Assembly: GCA_040218735.1 (NCBI GenBank)
Contig: JAVJQW010000042.1
Location: 224,001-288,000 of the forward strand
Origin: Deltaproteobacteria bacterium
GTDB taxonomy: Bacteria > Myxococcota > Kuafuiibacteriia > Kuafuiibacteriales > Kuafuiibacteriaceae
DNA: 64,000 bases
Reading direction: 5' to 3'
Shown: piece by piece, positions 20,133 to 31,100 of the stretch
Position numbering within the stretch: the first letter of the stretch is position 1
Layout of the letters: every line of letters starts with the position of its first letter
Position numbers and translations under genes: made by a program
Notes under the pieces: generated by a model
Database searches by the model: none
Told to the model about the DNA's origin: nothing
Seen by the model: only the letters and a program-made list of their open reading frames with translations

Positions 20133-20621
20133 ATGACCCAACGTGCTCACCCGATCCGACGTGTCCTTCTCCTGGTCGCGGGCCCAACGCTCGTCGGCCT
20201 GACCTCGCTGCTCGGCGGCCACGCGAGTGGCTCCGCCGCGCTCTCGCTGCCGGCCCTGTGGGTCGGCGTCCTCTTCGTGATGCTGCCGACGCTGTACATC
20301 GGCGCCGCGATCCTGCAAGTCGCGCCCTCCGCGTCCGAGCTCGGTCGCGCGGCGGTGGAAGCGCTCGAACGCTCCAGCGTCGTCTTCCTCGGCCTCGTCC
20401 CCGCGCTCGCGTTCCTCGTCGCGACGAGCGTCGAGAGCGTAACGGCCGGTTTGCTCACCAAGGGCGTCGTCGGCCTCGGCGCCGTCCTCGGCCTGTCGGC
20501 CTTCTACCGCCTCGTATTCGACGACCGTGCGCACCGCGGGCGAATCCTCGCGCTGTTCTCGGTCTGGTCGGTCGTGTGTCTCGCGATCGGCGCCCACCTG
20601 TTCAACGCCGCGCAGGGCTGA
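20133..20621 (+). CDS. Hypothetical integral membrane protein
   Basis: About 5 hydrophobic segments; first gene of a tightly spaced 3-gene run. Confidence 0.6.
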   Translation: MTQRAHPIRRVLLLVAGPTLVGLTSLLGGHASGSAALSLPALWVGVLFVMLPTLYIGAAILQVAPSASELGRAAVEALERSSVVFLGLVPALAFLVATSVESVTAGLLTKGVVGLGAVLGLSAFYRLVFDDRAHRGRILALFSVWSVVCLAIGAHLFNAAQG

Positions 20622-20632
20622 AGGAGAACCTC

Positions 20633-21397
20633 ATGACCACCGCCATCCACGACCAGCTCCTCGTCTCCTCGGCCACGAAGCCGCCGCCGCCCCTCGCCGA
20701 CCACCCCCTTGGCGTCGTCGATCAGCTGCTGCGCAGCTCCGGCACGTTCCTCGACCAGATCGAGCAGACCGACGATCTCACGCGCATTGCGAAGACCCTG
20801 ATCGTCACGATCATCCTCTCGAGCGCCGCCTTCGGCGCGGCGATCGGCGCGTCGCGCATGGGGCTGCAGCCGCTCTACGCGGCGCTGAAGCTCCCGCTCG
20901 TCGTGCTCCTCACCGCGGGCCTCACGGTCCCCGCGTTCTCGGCGCTGACGAAGGCGAGCGTGGGGGTGTCCTCGCTGCGCCGCGATCTCTTGCTCGTTCT
21001 CTCGTCGCTCGCGCTCACGTCGATGGTGCTCGCCGCGCTCGCGCCCGTCGTGCTCCTCGGCGTGATGGTCGACGTGCGCTACCACGCGCTCATCCTCCTC
21101 GTTGTCGGCTGCTGCGGCGTCGGTGGTCTCGCGGGCTTGGTGTTCTTCCTGCGCGGCGTGTCGCGTCGCTCCACGAAGGTGCCGAAGCTCGCGACGCTCA
21201 TCGCGCTGTCGGTGTTCGCGCTCGTCGGTTCGCAGATGTCGTGGACGTTGCGTCCGTTCGTCTCGCGGCCGCGCGCGGAGGTCGAGCTGGTGCGCTCCAT
21301 CGAAGGGAGCTTCCTCGACGCCGTCGCCACGTCGATGCGCTCCGCCCGCGGCATCTACACGCGTGACTCGGCCCCGCTGCCGGAGGACTCGCAGTGA
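20633..21397 (+). CDS. Hypothetical integral membrane protein (Yip1-like topology)
   Basis: RBS AAGGAG before ATG 20633; YAALKLPLVVLLT and VGSQMSWTLRPFV motifs; several TM helices. Confidence 0.7.
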   Translation: MTTAIHDQLLVSSATKPPPPLADHPLGVVDQLLRSSGTFLDQIEQTDDLTRIAKTLIVTIILSSAAFGAAIGASRMGLQPLYAALKLPLVVLLTAGLTVPAFSALTKASVGVSSLRRDLLLVLSSLALTSMVLAALAPVVLLGVMVDVRYHALILLVVGCCGVGGLAGLVFFLRGVSRRSTKVPKLATLIALSVFALVGSQMSWTLRPFVSRPRAEVELVRSIEGSFLDAVATSMRSARGIYTRDSAPLPEDSQ

Positions 21398-21972
21398 GGA
21401 CGTTCGAGTTACTCGCCGTCTACGGTGCGTTCGGGCTGACGTGCGCGTTGACGCTGCTGTTCGTCGCGCGCGGTCGCGTCGCGGACGCGGCGTTGCTCGT
21501 CCCGTTCTGGCCGCTCTACGGACCGTTCCTCGTGCTCGACGCGATGAAGCCGACGGAGGGCTTCGAACGCCTCCTCCCGGATCGCCTGACGATGGCGCGG
21601 CTGCACGAGCGCATGACTCTGGCGCGGGGCCGCGTCGAGCGCATCGATGCGCTCCTACGTCAGCCGGACTTCTCGGCGGTCGGAACGGAGGCGCGGCGCG
21701 AGGAGCTCCTCGCACGGGGCGACGATCGCGCCGCTGCGAGCACCGCGGCGCGGCTCGAGAACATCCGCCGCCTGGAGCGACTGCGCGAACGTTTCACGCG
21801 AGAGCTCGTCGAGCTCGAAGAGCTCCTCGCGCAGCTCGACGTTCAGTCGGAAGTCGTCCGCCTCGCCGGTGCGACGAACGAGGAGACGCGGCTGCTCGTC
21901 GAGCAGATCGTGAGTCGTGTGGAGGGCCTCGACACGATCCTCGACATCGACGACGCCGAGGCGCGAGTTTGA
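21394..21972 (+). CDS. Membrane-anchored coiled-coil protein
   Basis: N-terminal TM segments (FWPLYGPFL) followed by an E/L/R-rich heptad region; GTGA overlap with the previous gene. Confidence 0.65.
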   Translation: MRTFELLAVYGAFGLTCALTLLFVARGRVADAALLVPFWPLYGPFLVLDAMKPTEGFERLLPDRLTMARLHERMTLARGRVERIDALLRQPDFSAVGTEARREELLARGDDRAAASTAARLENIRRLERLRERFTRELVELEELLAQLDVQSEVVRLAGATNEETRLLVEQIVSRVEGLDTILDIDDAEARV

Positions 21973-21976
21973 AAGC

Positions 21977-22828
21977 TCAGTTGCAGGCGGCCTGGGCGCG
22001 CGTGAGTTTGGCCTGGACGTTCTTGCTGTAGGTCGGCGCCTTGGGGAGCACGCTCTGGAGCGTGGCCATCGCTTCTTCGCAGCGCTCGATCTTCCCGAGA
22101 TCGATCGCGTGGTCGAACGCGAGCTGCGGGTTGTCGGGGTGTTTCTTGCGCAGCTTGGCCGAGTAGATCAGCGGCTCGTCGAAGAGCCCGGGGACGCGCA
22201 CCGTGAACGAACGCGCCACGACCATCGCCTCGCTCTGGTAGACGCTCTTGTTTTTCAGCAGCAGCGCCATCGCCTTCTTGCCGCGCTTGCCGTCGCCCCG
22301 CATCCCGAGGAGCGCGCAGGCGGCGCGGACGTGCCAGTCGGCGTGAGTGATCGCGAGGTTGATGAGCGCTTCGGCGTAGAAGTAGCTCGGCGAGCCCTTC
22401 TTCTTTTCGCGTCGTTCCTCGAGGAGCGTCTGCGCGCGACGCGCGGCGCGCATGGCGTCCATCTTCTCCTCCTGCTCGGCGAAGACACGCACGCGACGGA
22501 ACTCGGCCTCCAGCACGAGGTCCGCGAAGCGCAGCTCGCTGCCGTGCTCACGGCCGAACTTCTCCATCGCGTCGAGGTCCGCCTGCATCTCCGCCCAGAG
22601 GTGATCGGCGTCGTCGAACAGCGCGATCTCCATCTCCTTCATCGTTGCGGAGACCCACAGCGCGCAGGCTTGGTCGTCGAGGTCCTTCGACGCCGCGAGC
22701 TCCGCGATGCGTGCTTTGGCTTCGTCGATGTGCGCGGAGTAGACGAGGTTCGCCGTCTTCATGCAGTCGGGGTCGACGTACCAGGCGGCGCTCGGAGCGA
22801 GGAGGGCGAGCGCGACGACCGAGACCAC
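21977..22828 (-). CDS. Secreted TPR-like helical protein
   Basis: Signal peptide MVSVVALALLAPSAA; all-helical sequence, HPDNPQLAFDHA. Confidence 0.55.
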   Translation of the reverse strand: MVSVVALALLAPSAAWYVDPDCMKTANLVYSAHIDEAKARIAELAASKDLDDQACALWVSATMKEMEIALFDDADHLWAEMQADLDAMEKFGREHGSELRFADLVLEAEFRRVRVFAEQEEKMDAMRAARRAQTLLEERREKKKGSPSYFYAEALINLAITHADWHVRAACALLGMRGDGKRGKKAMALLLKNKSVYQSEAMVVARSFTVRVPGLFDEPLIYSAKLRKKHPDNPQLAFDHAIDLGKIERCEEAMATLQSVLPKAPTYSKNVQAKLTRAQAACN

Positions 22829-22903
22829 ACTTCAGCGTAACCCGGAGGCGGGCTCGACGCGAACCGCCTCGCCATCACTTTCGGAACGTGAACATCATGC
22901 GGC

Positions 22904-23749
22904 GTGGTCCGGACGCGGTACTTGGCGCTCACGCTCGTACTCTGTGGATGTGAGGACGGAGCGCTCATCGAGACCGTCGCCCAGCTCGACGCGGCGATTC
23001 ACGAGGCGCGCGTCCGGTCGAGGGTGTTGATGCAGCGGCGGAACGCATTGGCCGCCGCGCCGGGGGCGCCGAAGTCGATCGGCGCGGGCGGCTCCGGGCT
23101 CGTTCGTGCGCGGATCGTCGGGATGGGGAGCTCCGACCACGTGACCGTAGAGGAGCAGCCGGGGCAGCTCTCGATCGTGGTGCGCGGAGAGCGCGGTCGG
23201 CGACAGGCGGCGCAGGCGTTGCTCGCCTACGGCGTGGACGCGCCGCAACTCGAGTTGCAAGCGGTGAAGTTGGAGGAGCCGGCGTGGTCGATGAAGTTGT
23301 CGCTCGCGCGTCCTGCGGACGTGGCGACGGCGACGATTTCGACGACTTCGATTCAGGTCCCCGAGCCTTCGTTCTTCTCGTTCTCCGAGGGGGAGGCGCT
23401 GCATCGCCGTGCGGAGGCGAAGGCGCGCGAGCTGGAGCAGCTGAACAAGATCATCGTGGAGCTGGAGGGTCGCCTCGCTCAGCAGAAGGCTTCGGTGGCG
23501 GCGGCGGTCGATGAAGCGACGATGACGCGCTTCCGCGCGCGCCGGTACTTCGCGATCGCGTTGCTGCCCGACGTGACGAAGGGGCAGCTCACGTTCGCGG
23601 AGGATCGCGCGACGTGGAAGGGCGCGACGAGCTACACGACGCTCGACGAAGCGAAGGCGGCGCTGAGTGGTCGCGGCGAGGTGATCGGGTTTGCGCCCGG
23701 CGAGCGCGGGAGCTTGGAAGCGAAGGTGGGCGCGACCGACTCGCCGTGA
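22904..23749 (+). CDS. Hypothetical lipoprotein
   Basis: Lipobox-like LVLCGC; central coiled coil. Confidence 0.5.
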   Translation: MVRTRYLALTLVLCGCEDGALIETVAQLDAAIHEARVRSRVLMQRRNALAAAPGAPKSIGAGGSGLVRARIVGMGSSDHVTVEEQPGQLSIVVRGERGRRQAAQALLAYGVDAPQLELQAVKLEEPAWSMKLSLARPADVATATISTTSIQVPEPSFFSFSEGEALHRRAEAKARELEQLNKIIVELEGRLAQQKASVAAAVDEATMTRFRARRYFAIALLPDVTKGQLTFAEDRATWKGATSYTTLDEAKAALSGRGEVIGFAPGERGSLEAKVGATDSP

Positions 23750-24520
23750 TCAAGGACGCAGCGACGTCCCGCCGTCGATGATGATCGTCTGCCCCTGAAT
23801 CATGTTCGCGCGGTCCGAAGCCAAGAACGCGATCGTGTCCGCGACGTCCTCCGGCGCGATGTTCCGATCCACCATCGAACGCTGACGACGCTCCTCGAGG
23901 ACCGCCTCCACGCCGGGCAGCGCACGCAGCGAGCCCGTATCGACGACGCCGGCCCTCACGCAGTTCACGTTGATCCCGCGGTGCCCGAGCTCCAGCGCCG
24001 CGTGCCGCGTCATCGACTCGATCGCCGCCTTGCACGCCCCGATCGCGCCATACATGGGGAGCGCGCGCTCCGCGCCCCAGCTCGACACCGTGACCACCTT
24101 CGAACGCTGCCCGTCGTTCGCGCGCGCCTCCAACAGCGGCGCTGCCTTCTGCGTGAGGAGCATGAACGCCCGGACGTTCAGGTGAATGGCGTAATCGAGC
24201 TGGCTGCCGGACGTCTCGAGCAACGGCCTGAAGCCACCGCCCGCCGCGTTCGACACCAGGATGTCGAGCCCGCCGAGCTGATCCGCGACGGCCTCGACGA
24301 GGTTCGTGGTGTCATCCTCTTCGGACAGGTCCGCGCGCACGACCAAGGTCCGGCGCCCCATCGCGAGGATCTCCGCGCCGACCTCCTCCGCGTTGCGTCG
24401 CGCGTTCACGTAGGTGATCGCGACGTCCGCTCCAGCCCGCGCGAGCGCGAGCGCGGCGGCGCGACCGATGCCGCGTGAGCCTCCAGTGACGAGTGCGAGG
24501 CGCCCCGAAAGGTCGATCAC
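23750..24520 (-). CDS. SDR family, FabL-like enoyl-ACP reductase
   Basis: TGGSRGIG, SNAAGGGFRP, Y-x6-K catalytic motif YGAIGACK (enoyl-reductase type rather than YxxxK); GTGA overlap with the PPTase stop. Confidence 0.75.
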   Translation of the reverse strand: MIDLSGRLALVTGGSRGIGRAAALALARAGADVAITYVNARRNAEEVGAEILAMGRRTLVVRADLSEEDDTTNLVEAVADQLGGLDILVSNAAGGGFRPLLETSGSQLDYAIHLNVRAFMLLTQKAAPLLEARANDGQRSKVVTVSSWGAERALPMYGAIGACKAAIESMTRHAALELGHRGINVNCVRAGVVDTGSLRALPGVEAVLEERRQRSMVDRNIAPEDVADTIAFLASDRANMIQGQTIIIDGGTSLRP

Positions 24521-25128
24521 GCTGCGCTCCCGACGCGCGCCCAGCACATCGTTCGCCCGCGGTGCACGATCGATCCAACCTCGCGTCGCAAGACGGTCGG
24601 GACCTCGAGATCCGAGAAGCTACGCCTGAACCCCACGCCGAGGTACTTCGCATAGGCTTCCTTCTCGCACCACAACGTCGTCGCGCTCAGATCACGATCC
24701 GCCGCGGCCTCGATGTGGCGCCGCTCGTCACGTGTGAACGCCAACGACAGGAAGCTCTCGTCGCGAGGCTCCACCACCTCGGCGTCTACGCCGACCTGCG
24801 CCTCGGACCACGTCGCCATCGCCAGGTCCGCGGAGTGGGAGATCGACAAACACCCCACCGGCCGCGCCCCGATCCACGCGACGGGCCGCCCCGACGTCGG
24901 ACCCTCCGCCTCCGCCCGGATCTCGAGCTGCGTGAACGACAAACCGGTGTGCCGCTGGAGGGCACGCTTCGCAGCCATGCGCCCCGCGAGCCAGTCACGT
25001 CGGCGCTTCAGGTAACGGAGCGCCGCGAAGTCCGCGGCCTCTCGCGCCGTCAACGCCGACACCAACCGCTCACGCGCGGCCCAGACCTCGTCGATCGACA
25101 ACGCGATGATGTCGTTGGGGAGCTTCAT
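24517..25128 (-). CDS. 4'-phosphopantetheinyl transferase
   Basis: WLAGRMAAK, LSISHS, VGVDAEVVE, LWCEKEAYAK; ATGA overlap with the PKS stop. Confidence 0.9.
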   Translation of the reverse strand: MKLPNDIIALSIDEVWAARERLVSALTAREAADFAALRYLKRRRDWLAGRMAAKRALQRHTGLSFTQLEIRAEAEGPTSGRPVAWIGARPVGCLSISHSADLAMATWSEAQVGVDAEVVEPRDESFLSLAFTRDERRHIEAAADRDLSATTLWCEKEAYAKYLGVGFRRSFSDLEVPTVLRREVGSIVHRGRTMCWARVGSAA

Positions 25129-28100
25129 GTCGTCGGCACCACCTGCGCGCGATAACGTCGTACCGCGACGAGCGGCCCGTGCGCCGACATCACCTCGAAG
25201 TCGGCGACCAGCGCATCGTCCGTGACCTCCACGAAACGCACCGCGAGACGAACCCGCTCCCCCGCCGCCTCGAGCACGCGTTTACTCACGTCCACACGAC
25301 CGAACCCCGCGGGCAACGCGACCACGCCGTGCAGGATGCGCCCGAGCATCCCGACCGCCTGGAGGCACCCGTCGAGTAGCGCCGCGGGGAGCTGCCATCG
25401 TCCGGCGTCGGAGCCCGGAACGAGCGAGGTCGGCGCGGGCACGATCAGCTGCGCGACGCCACCGCCGTCCCCGGCGGACACGCCTTCCAGGCACCGGAAC
25501 ACCGGACCGTGGAAGATCATTCGCGAGCCGGGCGTGCGGTCGATGCTCTTGGGGTACGGATAGACGATCGTCTCACCTTCGGCGGCGACGTCGAGCGACG
25601 CGACGGGGGCCTGCGAGGGGACCCGCCGTCCGCGCACGAACACCCGCGCGGGCTCCAACACGACGCCGTCCTGCTTGCGCACCGTCGAGGCGATCGACAA
25701 CGCGTCGCCCTCCCTTCGCGCGAGCACCGTAACGGCGCCGTCTTCGTCGACCTTGAGCGGCCGCTCGATCTGCACGTCGGCGAGCGACCAGTGCTCACCC
25801 GGATCGAGGTTCGACAGCTCGGACATGAGCTCCAGGCTCACCACCGCCGGGACGATCGGCGTCGCGCCCATGCGGTGCTGATCGAGGAATGGCTCCGTCG
25901 CGTCGAGCGTGCGTTCGATCGTCGCGCCGTCCGCGTCGGCGGTGACGAGGTGATCGATCATCGGGCTCGCCGCCGCGCGGCGCGCGCGCTCCAACCATTT
26001 CGGACGATCGCTCTCCGCCACGAGGAGTCGATCCATGTCCAACGCGTCGAGGCGCTCGCAGATCGTGATCTCCGACTCCGGGAGCCCCGCCCACAGCTCG
26101 CGCACGAGGTGATTCGCACCCTCCGCCGGCGTCATGAACGCCTGCCCCGCCTTCTCCAGGAACGCCTTCGCCGACGAGCGCGCCGCGAGGCCGACCTCGG
26201 AGAACGCCGCCCAGGCGATCGCGGTGACGTGGACGTCGTGCGTCGCACGGTACGCGGAGAGCAACCGCGCCTCGGCTTCGTTTGCGATGGCGTAGTCGGT
26301 CTGTCCGTGGCCACCGAAGCGGCCCGACACCGAAGAGAACCCGACGACGTGGGTCAGCGGATCGTCCTTGGTCAGCGCGAGCAGATGGACGAGGCCGTCG
26401 ACCTTGCCGCCGAGCGTGCGCTCGAACAGCGCGTCGGTCTTCTTGTCGAACGGCTTGGCGACCTCGACGCCCGCGCCGTGCAGCACGCCCTCGATCGGCC
26501 CGCGCACGCGTGTCTTCGTGAGCACCGCGGCGAGCGCTTCGCGGTCGGCGATGTCCACCGCGTAGTAGACGACGCTCGAGCCGCGCTCGGCGATCTGTCG
26601 GAGCGTCGCGTCGATCTCCAGCGACTTGTCGATCGACTCACACCGCTGCTTCCACGCGATCGGCGAGAAGCCGCCCTCCGACTTCATCGCCTGCAAGATG
26701 TCTTGCTTCAGCTTGTCGAGCCCCGCGTCGTCGAGCGCGCGCCACTGCGCGAGCGTCGCCTCCTCCGGGAGGGGGTGGCGCCCGAGCAGGACGAGCCGCG
26801 GTTGGTAGAGCTCCGCGAGGCGGATCGCCATCTTCGCGGTCACGCCACGCGCGCCGCCGGTCACGATCCACGTCGCGGGCAGGCGGTCGGGTGAAGCCGC
26901 CGGCTCCGCGCGCCGCTCGGCCATCTTCAGCACGAGGCGCTTGCCGCGCAGCAGACCCACCTCCAGCGGACCGCCGGGCGCATCGAGCTCGGCGATCAAC
27001 GCCTCCGCGACCTGCGACGGAGACTCCGAAGGGCTCGCGTCGAGGGCCTGTACGGAGAGCCCGTCGAATTCGCGGCGCACGGACTTCAGGAGGCCGAGGA
27101 GCCCCCCGCCGTCGCCGGTGCCCTGAGCGGCGTTGTCGAACCCGAGTGCGCCGCCGAGGAACGTCACCCCGAACACGGTGCCGTCCTTACGGTGCGGCGC
27201 CCACGCGCGGAGGAGCTCGAACGGAGCGAACAGCGATCGAGCGCGTCGTGTCGACCAGGTCGCGGCGTCGACCGCCCACGCGGCCTTGGCTTCGACCGTC
27301 GAGACGATCCCGATCGCGTCGACCGTGTCGATGCCCAACGTATCGAGTCGTCGCGTCGCGCGCGTCGCGTCGGCCTCGACGTGGACGTCGCTGCCTCGCG
27401 CCGTCATCGCCGCGGCGATCGCCTGGACGTGCGCGCCTTCGCCCACGAGCAGCAGTCGCTTCGGCGTGAAGGTTCGCGACGCCGAGCGCCGCGGCGCATC
27501 GACGACCCGCACGACCTGACGCCGCATCACCTCGGTGAGCTCGACGACGCCCGCGCCGCTCTCGGTGAGGTCCTCGACGCGTTCGATCCGCGACGGTGTC
27601 CGCCGCGTCCCGTACTCGACCGTGAGGAAGTCGACGTCTTCCGTAGAACCCGGCGGGAGCACGCGGTCCGTGACGTGGAGTCGACGCGAGCCCGGCTCGA
27701 CGACGAGGCTCATCACGTTGTCCACGCGTCGCACAGTGTTCATCGTCGCGTGCACGACTTCGCGCCCGCGGCCGTGATCGTGACGGTCACGCAGGAGCTG
27801 CTTCGCGCGGTCCACCGTCATCGGGCCCGGCTCCGAGACGAGCTCACACGCGCGCTTCTCGCGGAGCGCGGAGTGCGCAGGGACTTCACCGCCGTCGGCC
27901 GGTGCGAGGCGAGAGTGGTTGGTGCTGGTGAGCTCGCGCCCGACCTCCTCGCGCGCGACGATCGTGTCGTCGTCGTACTCGATGTAGTGGGCGCGGTCGG
28001 TGTCGGCGTCCGAGACGAGGACGCTCCAGCGCCCCGCCTTGTGTGCGGACTCGACCATCTGCACCGCCTGCTCGATGGAGGAAGCCCCCTCCAGGATCTG

Positions 28101-31100
28101 CTTCACGAGCATCGGGTGCGGTCGCCCGGTCGGGAGCGCCGTGGCCTCGGGGCCGTCGAGGAGGGTGGTACTCGTGACGGTGAGGCCCGAGTCGGTCACG
28201 CCGTTGAGGCCGGCGATCTGACCGACGAGCGAGAAGTACACCGTGGTGCGGTTCGGCATCGGGCCGTCGGTGCGACGCCGAATCTGCGCGACGCGCGGGT
28301 GGACGCCGTCGAGGTGCAACAGCAGCGGGGAGTCTTCGTTGATGCAGTGGAGCATCGCGCCGTCGTTCTCGCGGGCGAGGCGCACGGTCTGCGTGCAGCC
28401 GCTCGTGAGCGACGGGAACAGCGCGGCGTCGAGGTTGTACGCGAGCAACACGAGCTCGTGCACGCCGGTCGCCTCCGCGACGCCGCGCAGCTCGTCGAGG
28501 CTGTCTTCGTCGAACACGCCGTAGAGGCGCTTCGTCGTCTCGGGGAGGGCGAGGAGCGCGAGGCCTTCGCGGCCGACGAACGTCTGGTAGCGATCGAGCA
28601 CCTCGAGGATCGGGTCACGCATCGCTTCGCCGTGCTGTCGCCCGATCTCGCGCGCGGTGCCGTCGAAGCGAAGCACCGTCACCGGGCGCGCGGTGTTCGC
28701 GGGGACGGTCGTACGCGGCGCGGGGATCTCGATACCGATGGCGTCGAGCGCTCCGACCGGCGCGGGTTTGGCGAGACCGGTGAACGCCGGCTTCGCGAGG
28801 CCAACGACGGCGTCGGCGTCGATCGGGATCGCCGGCGCCAGATCACGTTGGCGGAGATCGAGCGTCGGGACCTGCGTCCCCGCCGCCGAGCGTTCGTCCT
28901 CGTGCGCGGGCTTCGCGGGCGCGGGGCGGCTGGAGGGGGTGCCGTCCGAAGCCGGGATCGACTTCGCGGGGGCCCCCTCGGGCGGCGTGTTCGTCGGCGC
29001 GCTCGCGACGGTCGGCGCCTTCGGTGCGGCCGGCTTCTGCGTGCGCTTCTTGCTCAGGTCGACCATCGGCACCGCGACGGCGGGCTTCGCGGGGGCGGGC
29101 TCGGCGCGCTGCGTGGTGAGCTGCTTGTCGACGTACTCGAGCACGTGCCCGAGCGTCGGGAAGTCACGGAGCGAGAGCTTCTCGTCGGCGCGCAGGTCGT
29201 ACCTGTCGCGCACCTTGCCGAGCACTTGCGCCTGCTTGACCGTGTCGATGCCGAGGTCGGCTTCGAGGTCCGCGTCCATCTCGATGATGTCCGGCGGGTA
29301 GCCGGACTGCTCGCAGATCGCGTCGAGGAGGAACGCCTTCACTTCGTCGCGGCTCGGGAGATCCGACGCGACCGCGGGGGTCGGGAGCGGCTCGGCCGCG
29401 GGCGGCTCGGCGGCTGGGGGCTCGACTTCGGCCGTGGGGGCCTCGGCGCGTGGCGCCGCCGCCGCGGCCGGCTCGGCGCGCGGTGAAGACACCGCGGGCG
29501 CTTCGCTCACGGCCTCGGGCGTCGGCAGCTGCGAGTACCGCTTCTCCGTCGCCCACATGCTCTCGAGGAACGTGATGAGGCTCGGTCGCGTCTTCTCCCA
29601 GAACGCGTCGAAGCCGGGCTCCGACAGAAGACGCTCCGCCTCGGCTCCACTCAGTAGATCGATTCGGCTGCCGTCCCCCGCGTTCTCGGCGGCGCGTTCC
29701 AGCGTCGTGATCATCGCCGACACGCGCGCCAACGACCACGCGCCCGCGCGGTTCTTGTCGTCCACCGAGGTCACGTACGCACGGTCGCCCGCGATGCGTT
29801 TGGTCAGGCCCGTCAGCACGGCGCGAGGGCCGCACTCGACGAACGCGTCCACGCCGTCGTCGAGGAGCAGCTCGACCTGGCGCACGAAGCGCACCGGCTT
29901 GGTCAGCTGCGCGACGAGCGAGGCGCGGATCGTCTCGGGGTCCGACTCGAACTTCTGCGACACACTCGACAGGTAGGGCACCGACGGCGCCGCGAGCGGG
30001 ATCTTCGCGAGCCCCTCTGCGAGCGCGTCCGCGGCGGCGCCCATGTACGTGGAGTGGAACGGACCGGGCACGTCGAGCGCCACGTGTTCGAACGAAGCCG
30101 CGGCGAACGCGGTCGCCGCCTTCGCCATGCCGTCCAGCGTCCCCGCGACGACGATCTGATCCGGCGCGTTGACGTTCGCGACCTCGGCGCCTTCGACCGT
30201 CGCCAGGATCCGCTCGACGTCTTCGAGCGACGCCGTCACCGACGCCATCGACCCCTCGACCACGTTCCGCTCGATCGCGCGCGCGCGCATCGAGGTCGCC
30301 TCCAGCGCGTCCTCCAGCGACCACGCGCCCGCCGCGACCAGCGCGGCGTAGTCACCGAAGCTGTGCCCCGTGACGACGTCCGGCGCGAGCCCGAGGGTGC
30401 GCACCGCTTCGAACGCCATCACGTCGGCGGTGAGCACGAGCGCCTGCACCGCGAACAGCTCGAACGGCACCGGCGCTCCGTCGCGGAACACCGGCGACAA
30501 CCGCGCGCGGCGGTGTGCGTCGAGCCACTCGTCCACGCGCGTGACGATCGCGTCGACCTCCGGGAGCGCTGCGGCGAACGCACCCATCATCCCGGCGTAC
30601 TGCGAGCCCTGTCCGGAGAAGAGCATCGCGAGCTTCGGCCCGCGCGAACGACCGCGCGTCACGAACACGCCCTGCTTCTCGAGGAAGTCACGCGTCGCCG
30701 ACGTCAACCCGGCTTTCAACGCCGCGCCGATCGCACGCCGAAGATCCGCGTCGTCCGTCGCGGCGATCCCGAGCGTCACCGCGCCCTGCCCGACGTGTTC
30801 GGACCACGTCGCCGGGTCGATCGAACCGAGCCGCGCGAGGACCGCGTCCTCCGTGGCGTCGCTCAACGTGTGCACGTGCATCGTCTTCCTCTCGGGCTCG
30901 TCGCCCGCCGTACCGGGGTGCTCGACGATCGCGTGGTAGTTCACGCCCGCCAGCCCCATGCTCGAAACCGCAGCGACGCGCGCGCCCTCCCAGGGCGTGG
31001 CGTGGGCGTTCACGACGAGCGCGTCGCCGAAGTCGTGGTCCGGGTGCGGGGCCTCGAACCCGCGCGTCGGAGGGATGGTCTCCAGGTCGAGCGCCATCGC

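Noticed and set aside
28690-29520. Pro/Ala-rich stretches in the PKS as extra domains or a frameshift
   Set aside because: The frame stays open and the sequence is typical of linkers flanking an ACP.
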